64,000 nt of DNA from Candidatus Nealsonbacteria bacterium (GTDB lineage Bacteria; Patescibacteriota; Minisyncoccia; Minisyncoccales; GWA2-38-27): contig JAUWYA010000001.1 of the NCBI GenBank assembly GCA_030616085.1, positions 8,692-72,691 of the forward strand, read 5' to 3'. The notes under the pieces are model-generated. The model saw only the letters and a list, made by a program, of their open reading frames with translations. It did no database searches and was not told where the DNA came from. Shown one piece after another: positions 9,605 through 19,115 of the stretch. A program made the position numbers and the translations under genes. Each line of letters starts with the position of its first letter. The first letter of the stretch is position 1.

Positions 9605-10684
9605 ATGAAACAAAAAGGGTTTACCCCGTTAGAGATCAACGAGGCAAAAAATAAATATAAGGCAAGACAATCTCTAACGGGGTTTATTTCCATAAAGCTT
9701 CAGTTAATAATATTGGCTGTGATTTTACTTATAATGTCATTAGAAATAACCGGGCTTGTTTTAGACAGCAAAGGAAAATTATTTCCTTTATTTCGTAAAA
9801 TTTCTTTAGTATTCGCAGGATATAAAGATGCGGGAGGAATTTCAGATGAAGAAGGAAACGGCTTAACTTTCAAACAGGGGCCTGAATACTCAGATGAAGA
9901 AATGGAGAAGAGAATTAAAGAATTAGAGAAAAAAATCAAGGATCTTGAAGAAAATCAGCAGGTTCCCTTTCCTCCTGAAGAATATTTTCTTCCCCCTTTA
10001 ACTCAAGAGCAGATTAGCGCTGTAGTTGAACTTTGGTGTCCTGATGACGATTATAATTACACAGGATATATTAGCATTGGGTCAGGCAGCATTGTCAGTC
10101 CAGAAGGAATTATCATTACTAATAGGCACGTTATTTCAAATGAAGACTGGAGCGTTATTAAATCTACGCCAACTTGTTATGTTGCTGTTACAGATGATAT
10201 CGCCTGGCCGCCCACAGTGAAATATGCGGCTAATTTAATTGCTTACGCGCCTGTAACAGATGATTATTTTGATTTTGATATCGCTATTTTATATATCAAT
10301 GACGTTTGCCGCGAATGTGAGGATGCGCCAAGTTCTCTTCCTTCAAGTTTTTCTTATTTAGATCTTGGTTATTCTGATATTCTTGCGCCTGGAGATTATG
10401 TGGCAATTGCTGGTTATCCTGAAATAGGGGCAGGGACTTTTAATTTTACTGATGGAATAATAAGCGGAAGAGTAGGAGAGTTTGTTTTGAAAACAGATGC
10501 TAAGATTGATTCTGGGAATTCTGGAGGTTCTGCTTTGAATAGCAAGAATCAACTTATCGGAGCTCCTACCTGGACAATTTCAGGCCGGGCAGAAAGCATG
10601 GGCTATGTTATTGGTATTGACCAGGTTGTAGAATGGTATGAAACAAAAGTAGTGCCTTCTGATTCAGTAATAGTGCCTTACTAA
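9605..10684 (+). CDS. Membrane-anchored trypsin-like (S1C) serine protease
   Basis: GSGSIV, TNRHV (His), DIAIL (Asp), IDSGNSGG (Ser). Confidence 0.85.
   Translation: MKQKGFTPLEINEAKNKYKARQSLTGFISIKLQLIILAVILLIMSLEITGLVLDSKGKLFPLFRKISLVFAGYKDAGGISDEEGNGLTFKQGPEYSDEEMEKRIKELEKKIKDLEENQQVPFPPEEYFLPPLTQEQISAVVELWCPDDDYNYTGYISIGSGSIVSPEGIIITNRHVISNEDWSVIKSTPTCYVAVTDDIAWPPTVKYAANLIAYAPVTDDYFDFDIAILYINDVCRECEDAPSSLPSSFSYLDLGYSDILAPGDYVAIAGYPEIGAGTFNFTDGIISGRVGEFVLKTDAKIDSGNSGGSALNSKNQLIGAPTWTISGRAESMGYVIGIDQVVEWYETKVVPSDSVIVPY
9624..9682. mobile_element. Family A element, 59 bp, in frame in the protease gene
   Basis: CCCCGTTAGAGAT/ATCTCTAACGGGG; TTTA on both flanks; 59+4=63 bp. Confidence 0.9.
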
Positions 10685-10685
10685 T

Positions 10686-10796
10686 ATGAAAAGCAAAACA
10701 ACAACAATATTAACAGGAACATTAGTTTGCTTAGCAGTTTTTCAAATTATAATAGCAATATTACAGGTTGTAATAATGCTGTTGAAATTAAATTGA
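10686..10796 (+). CDS. Small hydrophobic peptide, 36 aa (not in the ORF track)
   Basis: MKSKTTTILTGTLVCLAVFQIIIAILQVVIMLLKLN; ATG 1 nt after the protease stop. Confidence 0.45.
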   Translation: MKSKTTTILTGTLVCLAVFQIIIAILQVVIMLLKLN

Positions 10797-10849
10797 CATG
10801 TTATTGTTAATATATTAAGATTAAAAAAGAAAATTAATTTTATTATTTT

Positions 10850-11104
10850 GTGATTCATTTTACTAAACATGCCAGAGAAAAATTTGATATATTAAAAGAG
10901 CACAAATTTGAAGTTTCCAGAGAGCAAGTAATTAAAACAATAAATAATCCAGAATTAATCGATCGCTCCCGTTTCCCTCTTTTAATTGCCCAAAAGAAAA
11001 TTAGCAATAGTCATGTTTTAAGAGTAGTTTATAAAAAGGAAAATAGTAATAAAATTATTATTACTTTTTATCCAGGAAGAGTAAAACAATATGAACAGCA
11101 ATAA
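10850..11104 (+). CDS. DUF4258-like putative toxin
   Basis: IHFTKHAREK...LRVVY...IITFYP; overlaps a DUF2283-like partner. Confidence 0.75.
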   Translation: MIHFTKHAREKFDILKEHKFEVSREQVIKTINNPELIDRSRFPLLIAQKKISNSHVLRVVYKKENSNKIIITFYPGRVKQYEQQ

Positions 11105-11327
11105 AAAAACCAAAATTAGTTATGATCTTGAGTCAGATGTTTTAAGAGTAGAGATTTCTAAACAGCCCATTGATTATGCAAAAGAGATGGGAAATATTGT
11201 AGTCCATTTTACCAAAAAAGGATTACCTGTTTATCTTGAATTTCTGGAAGCAAAAAGATTTTTAACTAAAACTAAAAAAGTTTTAGAAAAAGCCAGAGTT
11301 CCTGAATTTGCAGAAAAACCCGCTTAA
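11091..11327 (+). CDS. DUF2283-like putative antitoxin
   Basis: ISYDLESDVL...GLPVYLEFLEA. Confidence 0.75.
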   Translation: MNSNKKTKISYDLESDVLRVEISKQPIDYAKEMGNIVVHFTKKGLPVYLEFLEAKRFLTKTKKVLEKARVPEFAEKPA

Positions 11328-11332
11328 AAACA

Positions 11333-11352
11333 ACAGAAACCCCGGTCTCTGT
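11333..11352. repeat. Family C palindrome (ACAGAGACC-N-GGTCTCTGT type), imperfect
   Basis: ACAGAAACCCCGGTCTCTGT; related copies at 44.9 and 47.6 kb. Confidence 0.55.
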
Positions 11353-11361
11353 CAATTTAGC

Positions 11362-11384
11362 AATCGCCAAAAGGGCGATTTTTT
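11362..11384 (+). terminator. Intrinsic terminator after the TA pair
   Basis: AATCGCC/GGCGATT stem plus T tract. Confidence 0.6.
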
Positions 11385-11421
11385 GTTTGCTTTGAACGAA
11401 GCGAAGGGGTAGAATGAAAAT

Positions 11422-11739
11422 ATGGATTTTATTTTTGTATATATAACCAATTCGACGAAGAAAGAGGCAAAAAAGATAGCTGAATGTTTGCTTAAAAAGA
11501 AGTTAATTGCTTGTGCTAATATTTTTCCAATAAATAGTTTATGTTGGTGGGCAGGAAAGATTGTTGATGAGAATGAGTTTATTTTGATTGCTAAAACAGT
11601 TGAATCTAATTTTGAAAAGGTTAAAAAAGAAGTTGAGAAAATTCATTCATATAAAATTCCTTGCATTGTTAAAATCCCTGTAAGTTCAAATAAAAAATAC
11701 TTTGACTGGTTGAAAAAAGAAATTAGAAAAAACACATGA
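11422..11739 (+). CDS. cutA: Divalent-cation tolerance protein CutA
   Basis: KKLIACANI, W.GKI..E.E, IHSYKIPCI, YFDWL. Confidence 0.9.
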   Translation: MDFIFVYITNSTKKEAKKIAECLLKKKLIACANIFPINSLCWWAGKIVDENEFILIAKTVESNFEKVKKEVEKIHSYKIPCIVKIPVSSNKKYFDWLKKEIRKNT

Positions 11740-12071
11740 AGAAATTTAAAGTTGATGAAAAAAATTGGTATTGTGGTTTTTGGAACAGCTCTCCTTTAGA
11801 AATTGGCTTGTTTAGGGGTTTTTCACGAAAAGAACTTTATGCACGTGAAAAGCTGCATTTTCACAAAGATTTTCGCGAATATTATTTAATTATAGATGGC
11901 AAAATGACTTTAATTATAAATAAAAAAGAATTACTTCTTAAAAAATATGATTTACTAATGGTAGAGCCAGGAGAAATACATAGAGTAACAAGTTTGGGGC
12001 CGAATGGATGTAGTTATGTTGTTATAAAAGAGAAATCATATGAAAATGGCACAATGCCTGTAAAAATATGA
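11736..12071 (+). CDS. Cupin-domain protein
   Basis: HFHKDFREYYLIIDG...VEPGEIH. Confidence 0.85.
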   Translation: MKKFKVDEKNWYCGFWNSSPLEIGLFRGFSRKELYAREKLHFHKDFREYYLIIDGKMTLIINKKELLLKKYDLLMVEPGEIHRVTSLGPNGCSYVVIKEKSYENGTMPVKI

Positions 12072-12391
12072 AGTACACAGATTTTAGAGATATTCTAAAG
12101 ATTATTGCAAAAGCTGCCAGAAAAATGGAAACAGTAAAGATTTATTATCCTAAAACAGAAAATACTGCTGCAGGATGGCGGGAAGTAGAACCATATAGTT
12201 TAACAACAGATATAGGGAGGGAAGGGGAGCATTTGGTTTATGGAAAAGATCGTTTAAGCCCAGGGCATATTTTTAATGGATATACTGTGGCAAGCAAAGA
12301 CGATCATTGCGATTCATTTATTATTGGAAAAATTAAAGCAGCTAAATTAACTAATAAAGAATTTAAGCCAAAATGGTCAGTAGAGTTTTAG
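12068..12391 (+). CDS. Stand-alone WYL-like domain protein
   Basis: VKIYY...WREVEPYSL...SFIIGKI pattern. Confidence 0.55.
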   Translation: MKYTDFRDILKIIAKAARKMETVKIYYPKTENTAAGWREVEPYSLTTDIGREGEHLVYGKDRLSPGHIFNGYTVASKDDHCDSFIIGKIKAAKLTNKEFKPKWSVEF

Positions 12392-13158
12392 TTGAGAAAA
12401 ATTTAAAAAAAGCGGTCCTGAAAGCTGTGAATGAATTAGGTGGTTTTAAGAAGTTTATTAAAAAAGGAGATGTAGTTTTATTAAAGCCAAATTTCAACAC
12501 AGCAGATCCTTTTCCAGGTTCTACTGATTTTGAATTTTTAAAGACAATAGTTGAATTAGTTTATGAATGTGAGCCTAAGATGGTAATACTCGGAGATTCC
12601 TCTACTATGAGCTTGAATACTAGGAAAGTAATGGAAAAGCTTAAAATTTTTGATTTGGAAAAGATGAAGCAGCCTCCCCGGGTTTACGTTTTTGACGAAA
12701 GGTCTTGGGTAAAAAAAGAAATACCTAATGGTAAATATTTAAAAAAGGTTTGGCTTACTCATTATTTAGATAAAGCTGATAAGTTAATTCTTCTCCCTTG
12801 TTTGAAAACCCACTTTTTATCTCAGTTTACTGGAAGTTTAAAGCTTTCTATGGGTTTTATTAAACCTTTCCACCGAGTACATTTTCACATGAAACATCTT
12901 CAAGAGAAGATAGCAGAATTAAATAAGATCATTCACCCCGATTTAATCATTATGGATGCCAGAAGATGTTTTATTAATAAGGGTCCTGATAAAGGAAAAG
13001 TTGCTAATCCAGATTTAATTTTAGCTTCCAAACATAGAGTGGCTATTGATGTTGAAGGAATAAAAATAATTCAGAGCTTTAAAGGCAGTTCACTTAAAGA
13101 TATTAATCCTTTGGAAATACCTCAGATTAAAAAATCAAAAGAATTTGGTATTTCTTGA
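12373..13158 (+). CDS. DUF362 family protein
   Basis: GDVVLLKPN, LPCLKTH, TGSLKLSMG, VAID. Confidence 0.85.
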   Translation: MVSRVLVEKNLKKAVLKAVNELGGFKKFIKKGDVVLLKPNFNTADPFPGSTDFEFLKTIVELVYECEPKMVILGDSSTMSLNTRKVMEKLKIFDLEKMKQPPRVYVFDERSWVKKEIPNGKYLKKVWLTHYLDKADKLILLPCLKTHFLSQFTGSLKLSMGFIKPFHRVHFHMKHLQEKIAELNKIIHPDLIIMDARRCFINKGPDKGKVANPDLILASKHRVAIDVEGIKIIQSFKGSSLKDINPLEIPQIKKSKEFGIS

Positions 13159-13188
13159 AAAGGTCGATGTTATTAATATATTATTAAT

Positions 13189-13386
13189 ATGGAAGAATTT
13201 ATATTACAAAATTCATGGATTCTTTTGCTGATAACTCTTTGGACTGTTCCTTGGAAAGGAGTGGCTTTGTGGAAATCAGCCAGCAATAAACAAACAGGAT
13301 GGTTTATTGCTATGCTGATTTTGAATACTCTAGCTATCTTAGAGATTATCTACATCTTCTGTTTCAGTAAAAAGAAAAAATCCTAA
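13189..13386 (+). CDS. DUF5652-like small membrane protein
   Basis: WKGVALWKSA...WFIAMLILNTLAILEIIYIF. Confidence 0.8.
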   Translation: MEEFILQNSWILLLITLWTVPWKGVALWKSASNKQTGWFIAMLILNTLAILEIIYIFCFSKKKKS

Positions 13387-13400
13387 ACACAAGAATAAAA

Positions 13401-14570
13401 ATGAGAAAATTAGTTTACATATTTTTATTATTGTTTTTTTTATTTAATGCTTTTGATTTTGCCTTGCCCGTCAAAGCTTTTAGCGAAGACGGGTTAGCTC
13501 AGGAAAATCAAATAGAGATTGATTTCTTTTATAGTCCGACTTGTCCTCATTGTGCTGAAGAAGAGAAGTTTTTAAATAGATTAGAAGAAGAATATCCAGA
13601 GATTAAAATTAACAGATTCTCTGTTTTTGATAGAAACAACCTTGAATTATTAAAAGAATCTTACAAAGAATATGAAGTTCCTGTTGAGTATTATGGTATG
13701 GTTCCAGCTACTTTTACCAATGAGAGATACTTTGTAGGTTTTAATAAAGAAATTGGGGAAGCTATTGAAAATTGTATTTTAGAGTGCAAGGCAGGTAAAA
13801 CATCAGAAGATGTTAGTATTATTGACCTTGAAGGCAATATTGATATTCCTATTATAGGAAAGATTAATATTAGAAAATATTCTCTTCCTGTTTTAGCCGT
13901 TGTTTTAGGAGCTTTAGATGGTTTTAATGTTTGTTCTCTCGGCGCTTTGATTTTGATTCTGGGCTTGGTGTTAGCTATAAAATCAAGGAAAAAGACCTTG
14001 CTCTTTGGAGGTCTTTTTATTGTTACTACAGCCGTTGTCTATGGATTATTAATAGTTATTTGGTATCATATTTTCTCTTTTCTTGTTCCATATATGAGAA
14101 CAATGCAGATTTTAATAGGGCTTTTAGGAATAGGAGGGGGAATTTATTTCTTAAGGCAGTTTATCAGATTTAAGAAGTATGGACCAGCTTGTGAGATAAG
14201 TGCAGGAGACGGCATAGTCTCAAGATTTTCTTCAAGATTTCAGCAATCTTTTAAAGAATCAGGAAATATTATTTTACTATTGGGAAGCGTATTTTTATTT
14301 GCTGGAATAATTACTATTGTAGAATTTCCTTGTTCAGCTGTTGTGCCAGTGGCTTTTGCAGGCGTTTTAGCTCAAGCAGGGCTTTCCACCTTTTCTTATC
14401 TTTTATACATTTCTCTTTTCCTTGTTTTCTATATGTTAGATGAGATTATTGTTTTCTTGATTGCTTTTTTCACAATGAAGATTTGGCTTGCTTCCAGCAA
14501 AGCTATTACCTGGATAACTTTATTAGAAGCAATAATCCTTTTAGCTTTAGGATTTTATTATCTTTTTTAA
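13401..14570 (+). CDS. Thioredoxin/glutaredoxin domain fused to a CcdA/DsbD-like TM domain
   Basis: FYSPTCPHC; DGFNVC and VEFPC membrane cysteines. Confidence 0.8.
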   Translation: MRKLVYIFLLLFFLFNAFDFALPVKAFSEDGLAQENQIEIDFFYSPTCPHCAEEEKFLNRLEEEYPEIKINRFSVFDRNNLELLKESYKEYEVPVEYYGMVPATFTNERYFVGFNKEIGEAIENCILECKAGKTSEDVSIIDLEGNIDIPIIGKINIRKYSLPVLAVVLGALDGFNVCSLGALILILGLVLAIKSRKKTLLFGGLFIVTTAVVYGLLIVIWYHIFSFLVPYMRTMQILIGLLGIGGGIYFLRQFIRFKKYGPACEISAGDGIVSRFSSRFQQSFKESGNIILLLGSVFLFAGIITIVEFPCSAVVPVAFAGVLAQAGLSTFSYLLYISLFLVFYMLDEIIVFLIAFFTMKIWLASSKAITWITLLEAIILLALGFYYLF

Positions 14571-14573
14571 TTT

Positions 14574-15323
14574 ATGACCTTGGTATATATTTTAATTGCT
14601 ACTTTTCTGGTTAGCATTATTTCTTTTATAGGAGCTTTGACTTTGTTTCTTAAAGAAAAACTGCTTAATAAAATACTTTTGATTTTAGTTGCTTTTTCTG
14701 CCGGCGCTCTAATTGGAGGAGCGTTTTTGCATTTAATCCCGGAAGCAATTGAAGAGGCGGGATTAGATGAAGGCGGGATTCTGAAAATATTCTTATATCT
14801 GCTTTTAGGTTTTTGCATCTTCTTTGTCTTAGAGCAGTTTATAAACTGGCACCATCATCATGCTGCTTCTCATCCAGAAATAACATCTTTTTCTTATTTG
14901 ATTTTAGTTTCAGATGGAGTTCATAATTTTATTGATGGATTTATCATAGCAGCTTCTTTTGTCATTGCCTTACCGGTTGGGATAGTTACTGTTTTAGCAG
15001 TTGCCTTGCATGAAATTCCTCAGGAATTGGGAGATTTCGGTGTTTTAATCTATGGAGGATTTAAAAAGTCAAAAGCCTTGTTTTTAAACTTTCTAACAGG
15101 CCTTATTGCAGTTTTTGGCGGAATTGCCGGCTTTTTCCTCTCAGAGAGAATAGGCGATTCAATTGTTTTTCTTTTGCCTTTTGCAGCAGGAAACTTTATT
15201 TATATTGCTTGTTCAGATTTAATTCCTGAAATAAAAAATAAAGAAACTTCTAAAAAATCTCTACTTTATTTCTTTGTTTTTCTGCTTGGAATAAGCTTGA
15301 TGCTGTTGCTTAGATTTATCTGA
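14574..15323 (+). CDS. ZIP family metal transporter
   Basis: HLIPEA, DGVHNFIDG, HEIPQELGDFG. Confidence 0.92.
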   Translation: MTLVYILIATFLVSIISFIGALTLFLKEKLLNKILLILVAFSAGALIGGAFLHLIPEAIEEAGLDEGGILKIFLYLLLGFCIFFVLEQFINWHHHHAASHPEITSFSYLILVSDGVHNFIDGFIIAASFVIALPVGIVTVLAVALHEIPQELGDFGVLIYGGFKKSKALFLNFLTGLIAVFGGIAGFFLSERIGDSIVFLLPFAAGNFIYIACSDLIPEIKNKETSKKSLLYFFVFLLGISLMLLLRFI

Positions 15324-15382
15324 TGTAATAAAAAAGCCCCTTGATAAAATCTTAGGGCTTAATAAGTTTTTGTCTTTTTCTT

Positions 15383-15799
15383 TTATTCAAAAGGTGAACG
15401 CACGGATTCTTCTTCTTTAAGGCCGAGTAAACCGGGTGCCCATTCGAATGGACTAGTATCCTTGTTTTTCTTAATTAACTGATTGAACTCTTGTTCTAAT
15501 AAAATATGAACGGGCTTTACGTTCTCTTTGTTCTCATTTCGGACATCAAATCCGAAAGATCCTTCCATGCTCACTAAAACAATAGCTTCTACAACTTTTG
15601 CCTTTTTCCTGGGCAAACGACTCCATACTTTTTTCAGTAATGATTTGTCTAGACAGACCATCATCTCTTTGTCTTTTTTGAAAATAGCTGGGAAGAATCC
15701 CATAAGGCCATGGCTTAACTCCAAGAAGTAAGCTTCTGCCAGCTTGAATCCTGCCAAGTCTTCATCCATTACATCTGCTAATTTCATAGGATTTTCCAT
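15383..15799 (-). CDS. Hypothetical protein
   Basis: 138-aa ORF with an AAGGAG SD upstream on the minus strand. Confidence 0.55.
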   Translation of the reverse strand: MENPMKLADVMDEDLAGFKLAEAYFLELSHGLMGFFPAIFKKDKEMMVCLDKSLLKKVWSRLPRKKAKVVEAIVLVSMEGSFGFDVRNENKENVKPVHILLEQEFNQLIKKNKDTSPFEWAPGLLGLKEEESVRSPFE

Positions 15800-15998
15800 T
15801 AAATTCTCCTTTTTTTAAAACGGGGTTATTTAAACGAAATGAACTAATACGATATTTTATATTAGCATGCTCTTCTCTTTGAGTCAATAATGCCTGAAGA
15901 ATATGTTTCAAGGAAGGCATTCGAACATATTTCTGTAAAACAATTTCTATAATTAACACTTTTTATTATTATTTTGGATCTTTTTCTTCTTTTCAGCT

Positions 15999-16385
15999 TT
16001 ACTCTGGAGCTTCATCTGATATTTTTTCAATAGCCTCAGAAGTTTCAATTATTTCTTTAGACTTCTCTTGAAGCTTGTTTGGCATTTCTTTAAGGGCCAT
16101 TTTGAGAATAATGAAACGAGGATCTGTTGGATTTTCAGTAAATTCTTCCAAAAAAGCCAAACAGAATTCTTCGCCAAATTCTTCAAAAAGACGATCAATT
16201 AATCTGCCACAGCATTCTTCCACGAGTTGGAGTCCGAGAAAACGATCTATAATAGAACTTTGGTCTTCAGACGCATTGGTGCCACATACCTCACATAAAA
16301 CATCTCTATCGCTGGACGAACTTTGGTTATTCCATTTTCGTTCGCTTGGTCCTGCTGGCTTTTGAACTATTTTACCTTTTGCCAT
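15999..16385 (-). CDS. Hypothetical protein (CxxC, CC)
   Basis: 128-aa ORF with a GAAAGGA SD upstream. Confidence 0.55.
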   Translation of the reverse strand: MAKGKIVQKPAGPSERKWNNQSSSSDRDVLCEVCGTNASEDQSSIIDRFLGLQLVEECCGRLIDRLFEEFGEEFCLAFLEEFTENPTDPRFIILKMALKEMPNKLQEKSKEIIETSEAIEKISDEAPE

Positions 16386-16485
16386 TTTATTTCCTTTCTA
16401 AAAATATTGTTAAAGTGCTGTTTTGTTTAATATTTGAACATAAACTATTTTACTTTCTTTGTCAATTAAGATATAATGAAATAAT

Positions 16486-18111
16486 ATGTTAAAGAAAATA
16501 TTAACTAAAAAAGTAATTATAATAATTATTGTTATTACTGTTTTGGGTTTCATTATATATAGCTTCTTTGTTAAAAACGGAGAGCCTGAATATATTTTAG
16601 AAAAGGTTTCTTACGGAACAGTTATTAAAGAAGTTTCAGAAACCGGAGCAGTTAAGATTTCAGGAGAAATAAATCTTAGCTTTAAGAACTCAGGAAGAAT
16701 TGATGAGATATATGTCAAAGTAGGAGACAAGGTTGAGCTAGGCCAGGAATTGGCTAAGCTTGATACAAGCCAGATGTATATTGAACTAACCGAATCTCAA
16801 GCTGCTTTGGAAGTAACCCAGGCAGATTATAATAAGCTTTTGGCTGGTTCTTCTGCTGAGGAGATTAAAGTTGCTGAAACGGAAGTTTTAAATGCTCAAG
16901 TTGTTCTTGATAATGCTGAACAAAGCTTAAAAGATATTAAAGCTGATGCTGAAGAAGATTTAAACCAGGCATATGAAGATGCTCTTGATGTTTTAGATGA
17001 TGCTTATTTAAAACTCTATAATGCATACAACGTAGTAGATGATATCAGACGTACATATTTTAGTTCAAGCGATCAAATATCACTCGTAGTTAAAGATAAT
17101 AAAGACAAGATTAAGAATGCTGTGGATAGCGCAAAAGTATATATTGATGAAGCAAAAGCAGATTCTATTGATGAAGATATTGATACAGCTCTTTCTGAAA
17201 CAAAAGATGCTCTTTCAGATACCAAAGAAGCTTTGGAAGCAGTTAGAGATGCAGCAGAAGCAATAGCTTATCGTGATACTGTTTCAGATTCTGATAAAAC
17301 CTCTTTAGATAATCAAAAAACATACATTAATACTGTTTATACTGATCTTGTTGCTGCTCAGCAAAATATTTCATTAACCAAGATTACCAATGAAACAAAT
17401 ATCAATACTGCTGAAGCAACAATGTCTACGGCTGAAGCTAAATTGCAGAAAGCTCAAGATCAGCTTGATTTGAAAAAAGCCGGACCTACCCAGGAAAATA
17501 TTGATTTGTATTTGGCTAAGATAAAGCAGGCGCAGGCCAATGTTTCTCTTCTATACAATAAAATAAATGAAGCTGTTTTAAAAAGTCCTATTCAGGGACA
17601 AGTAACAGAGATTAATAAAAGGGAAGGAGAGACAGTTCAAACAACTGATTCAGTGATTTCTTTTATGCCAGAAGGTCCATTTCAAGTGGAAGTAGACATA
17701 TATGAGGAGGATATTGTTGATGTTAAGGTAGATAATTTTGTTAGAATTGACTTGCCTGCCTTTCCTGATGAAACCCTAGAAGGCAGAGTGATTTCAATTG
17801 ACCCGGCAGAAAAATTGATTGACGGAGTAGTATATTATGAAGTAAATATTATTTTTAGCACTGGAAAAGAAAACATTAAGCCGGGCATGACAGCTGATGT
17901 TGTCATTGAAACAGATAAAAAAGAAAATGTATTAATCATTTCCAGAGCAGCTTTAAAAAAGATAAATGGAGAAAAAATAGTTAGAGTTTTCAAAAAAGGA
18001 AAAGCTGAAGAGAGAAAAATAGAGATTGGCATGGAAGGAGATGAATATATTGAAGTTATTTCTGGATTAGCAGAAGGTGAAGAAATTATCATCGGCGAAA
18101 AACAGGAATAA
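16486..18111 (+). CDS. Efflux periplasmic adaptor subunit (MacA/HlyD family)
   Basis: N-terminal TM, VKVGDKV lipoyl half, long coiled coil, KSPIQG, IKPGMTA, SGLAEGE. Confidence 0.9.
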   Translation: MLKKILTKKVIIIIIVITVLGFIIYSFFVKNGEPEYILEKVSYGTVIKEVSETGAVKISGEINLSFKNSGRIDEIYVKVGDKVELGQELAKLDTSQMYIELTESQAALEVTQADYNKLLAGSSAEEIKVAETEVLNAQVVLDNAEQSLKDIKADAEEDLNQAYEDALDVLDDAYLKLYNAYNVVDDIRRTYFSSSDQISLVVKDNKDKIKNAVDSAKVYIDEAKADSIDEDIDTALSETKDALSDTKEALEAVRDAAEAIAYRDTVSDSDKTSLDNQKTYINTVYTDLVAAQQNISLTKITNETNINTAEATMSTAEAKLQKAQDQLDLKKAGPTQENIDLYLAKIKQAQANVSLLYNKINEAVLKSPIQGQVTEINKREGETVQTTDSVISFMPEGPFQVEVDIYEEDIVDVKVDNFVRIDLPAFPDETLEGRVISIDPAEKLIDGVVYYEVNIIFSTGKENIKPGMTADVVIETDKKENVLIISRAALKKINGEKIVRVFKKGKAEERKIEIGMEGDEYIEVISGLAEGEEIIIGEKQE

Positions 18112-18151
18112 AAACTAAAAAGCCCCTTGAAAATTAAGAGACCTTTTAGCG

Positions 18152-18224
18152 TGGACCCGGCGGGACTCGCACCCGCTTCACTGGGTACCAACACCAGTAT
18201 GTTACATATATACACCACAGGCCC
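18152..18224 (-). tRNA. Atypical tRNA-like gene with Ala-type acceptor (G3:U70, A73) and irregular anticodon loop
   Basis: Cloverleaf GGGCCTG/CGGGTCC, D-stem GTGT/ACAT, stem CTGG/CCAG around TGTTGGTAC, T-arm GCGGG-TGCGAGT-CCCGC; TATAAT upstream; no encoded CCA. Confidence 0.7.
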
Positions 18225-18246
18225 AGATCCACGATTATATTATAAA

Positions 18247-18280
18247 ACAAAAAGAGTTCTTTTAAAAGAACTCTTTTTGT
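18247..18280. terminator. Long palindrome, probable terminator
   Basis: ACAAAAAGAGTTCTTTTAAAAGAACTCTTTTTGT. Confidence 0.55.
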
Positions 18281-18360
18281 GGTACCCAGTTTAGCTCGTA
18301 GTGTACGAACCATACTAGCGTTTATATCAGTATAGCAAACCATAAACTCTTGTCAAGAGC

Positions 18361-18389
18361 TTGACGTAAATAATCTATCATGATATACT
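18361..18389 (+). promoter_or_regulatory. Sigma70-type promoter of the 18482 gene
   Basis: TTGACG-17-TATACT; AAGGAG SD before the ATG. Confidence 0.7.
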
Positions 18390-18481
18390 AAAATAGTTAA
18401 AGTACCTTATATTATTGGTGAGTCTGAGGCCTTGTTGCGTTAACAAGGTGCGGGACAAACTAAAAGAAAGGAGAAACAAAA

Positions 18482-19108
18482 ATGAGTAGCAAGAAAGAAA
18501 AATCTGCAATTGTAAGAGGAGCAGGCTTGTTAACAAGTATTTTTACGAACCTACAGAAAGAAGTGGAAAAGCGAGGTGGTGATGGAGAAGATATTCATCG
18601 TTTAACTACTCCGGAAGGTGAAGGAATTTTGGGCGAGATAGCCGAGATTATTGTTAAGGCTAGCTATCCACGGAAAGAAGATTTCAAGATAACCGTTAAT
18701 TATGAGCAAAGCTTACAGCAAATGATCAAAGCAGGCAACTATGATTGGGTTAATAATAATATCACAGCAGAGCACTTTCCAGTGGAAGGAAAAGACAAGC
18801 AGGAACTGACTATCACTCTTTTTCATTTCAACAAGCCAATGACTTCAGATGAGATCAAGAACGAAATGGAAAAACAGGACTTTCGTCCTGCTAAGGTTGA
18901 AGAACTTCTTGCTTTGGGCGAAAAATACCCAGAGCTTCAGAAGAAGTTTTTAATAGCTGCCCTTGATTCTGTCTGGCAAGATCCGAACGGCAGCCGCCTT
19001 GTGCCCTATCTTAGCTGGGGTGGCGTCAGGCGTGACTTGTACCTCTGCCGGCTTGGGGATGTCTGGGTTGCCGGTTGGCGTTGGCGGTTTGTTGCTCTCC
19101 GCAAGTAA
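18482..19108 (+). CDS. Putative DGR target-like protein with a C-terminal variable-region signature
   Basis: C-terminus LVPYLSW...W....WRFVALRK; 7 A in 110 nt (18991-19100); palindrome just after the stop. Confidence 0.6.
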   Translation: MSSKKEKSAIVRGAGLLTSIFTNLQKEVEKRGGDGEDIHRLTTPEGEGILGEIAEIIVKASYPRKEDFKITVNYEQSLQQMIKAGNYDWVNNNITAEHFPVEGKDKQELTITLFHFNKPMTSDEIKNEMEKQDFRPAKVEELLALGEKYPELQKKFLIAALDSVWQDPNGSRLVPYLSWGGVRRDLYLCRLGDVWVAGWRWRFVALRK

Positions 19109-19115
19109 GTTTTTA

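Noticed and set aside
18152-18224. tmRNA
   Set aside because: It has the Ala-type acceptor but is only ~73 nt with a D-stem and no tag reading frame.
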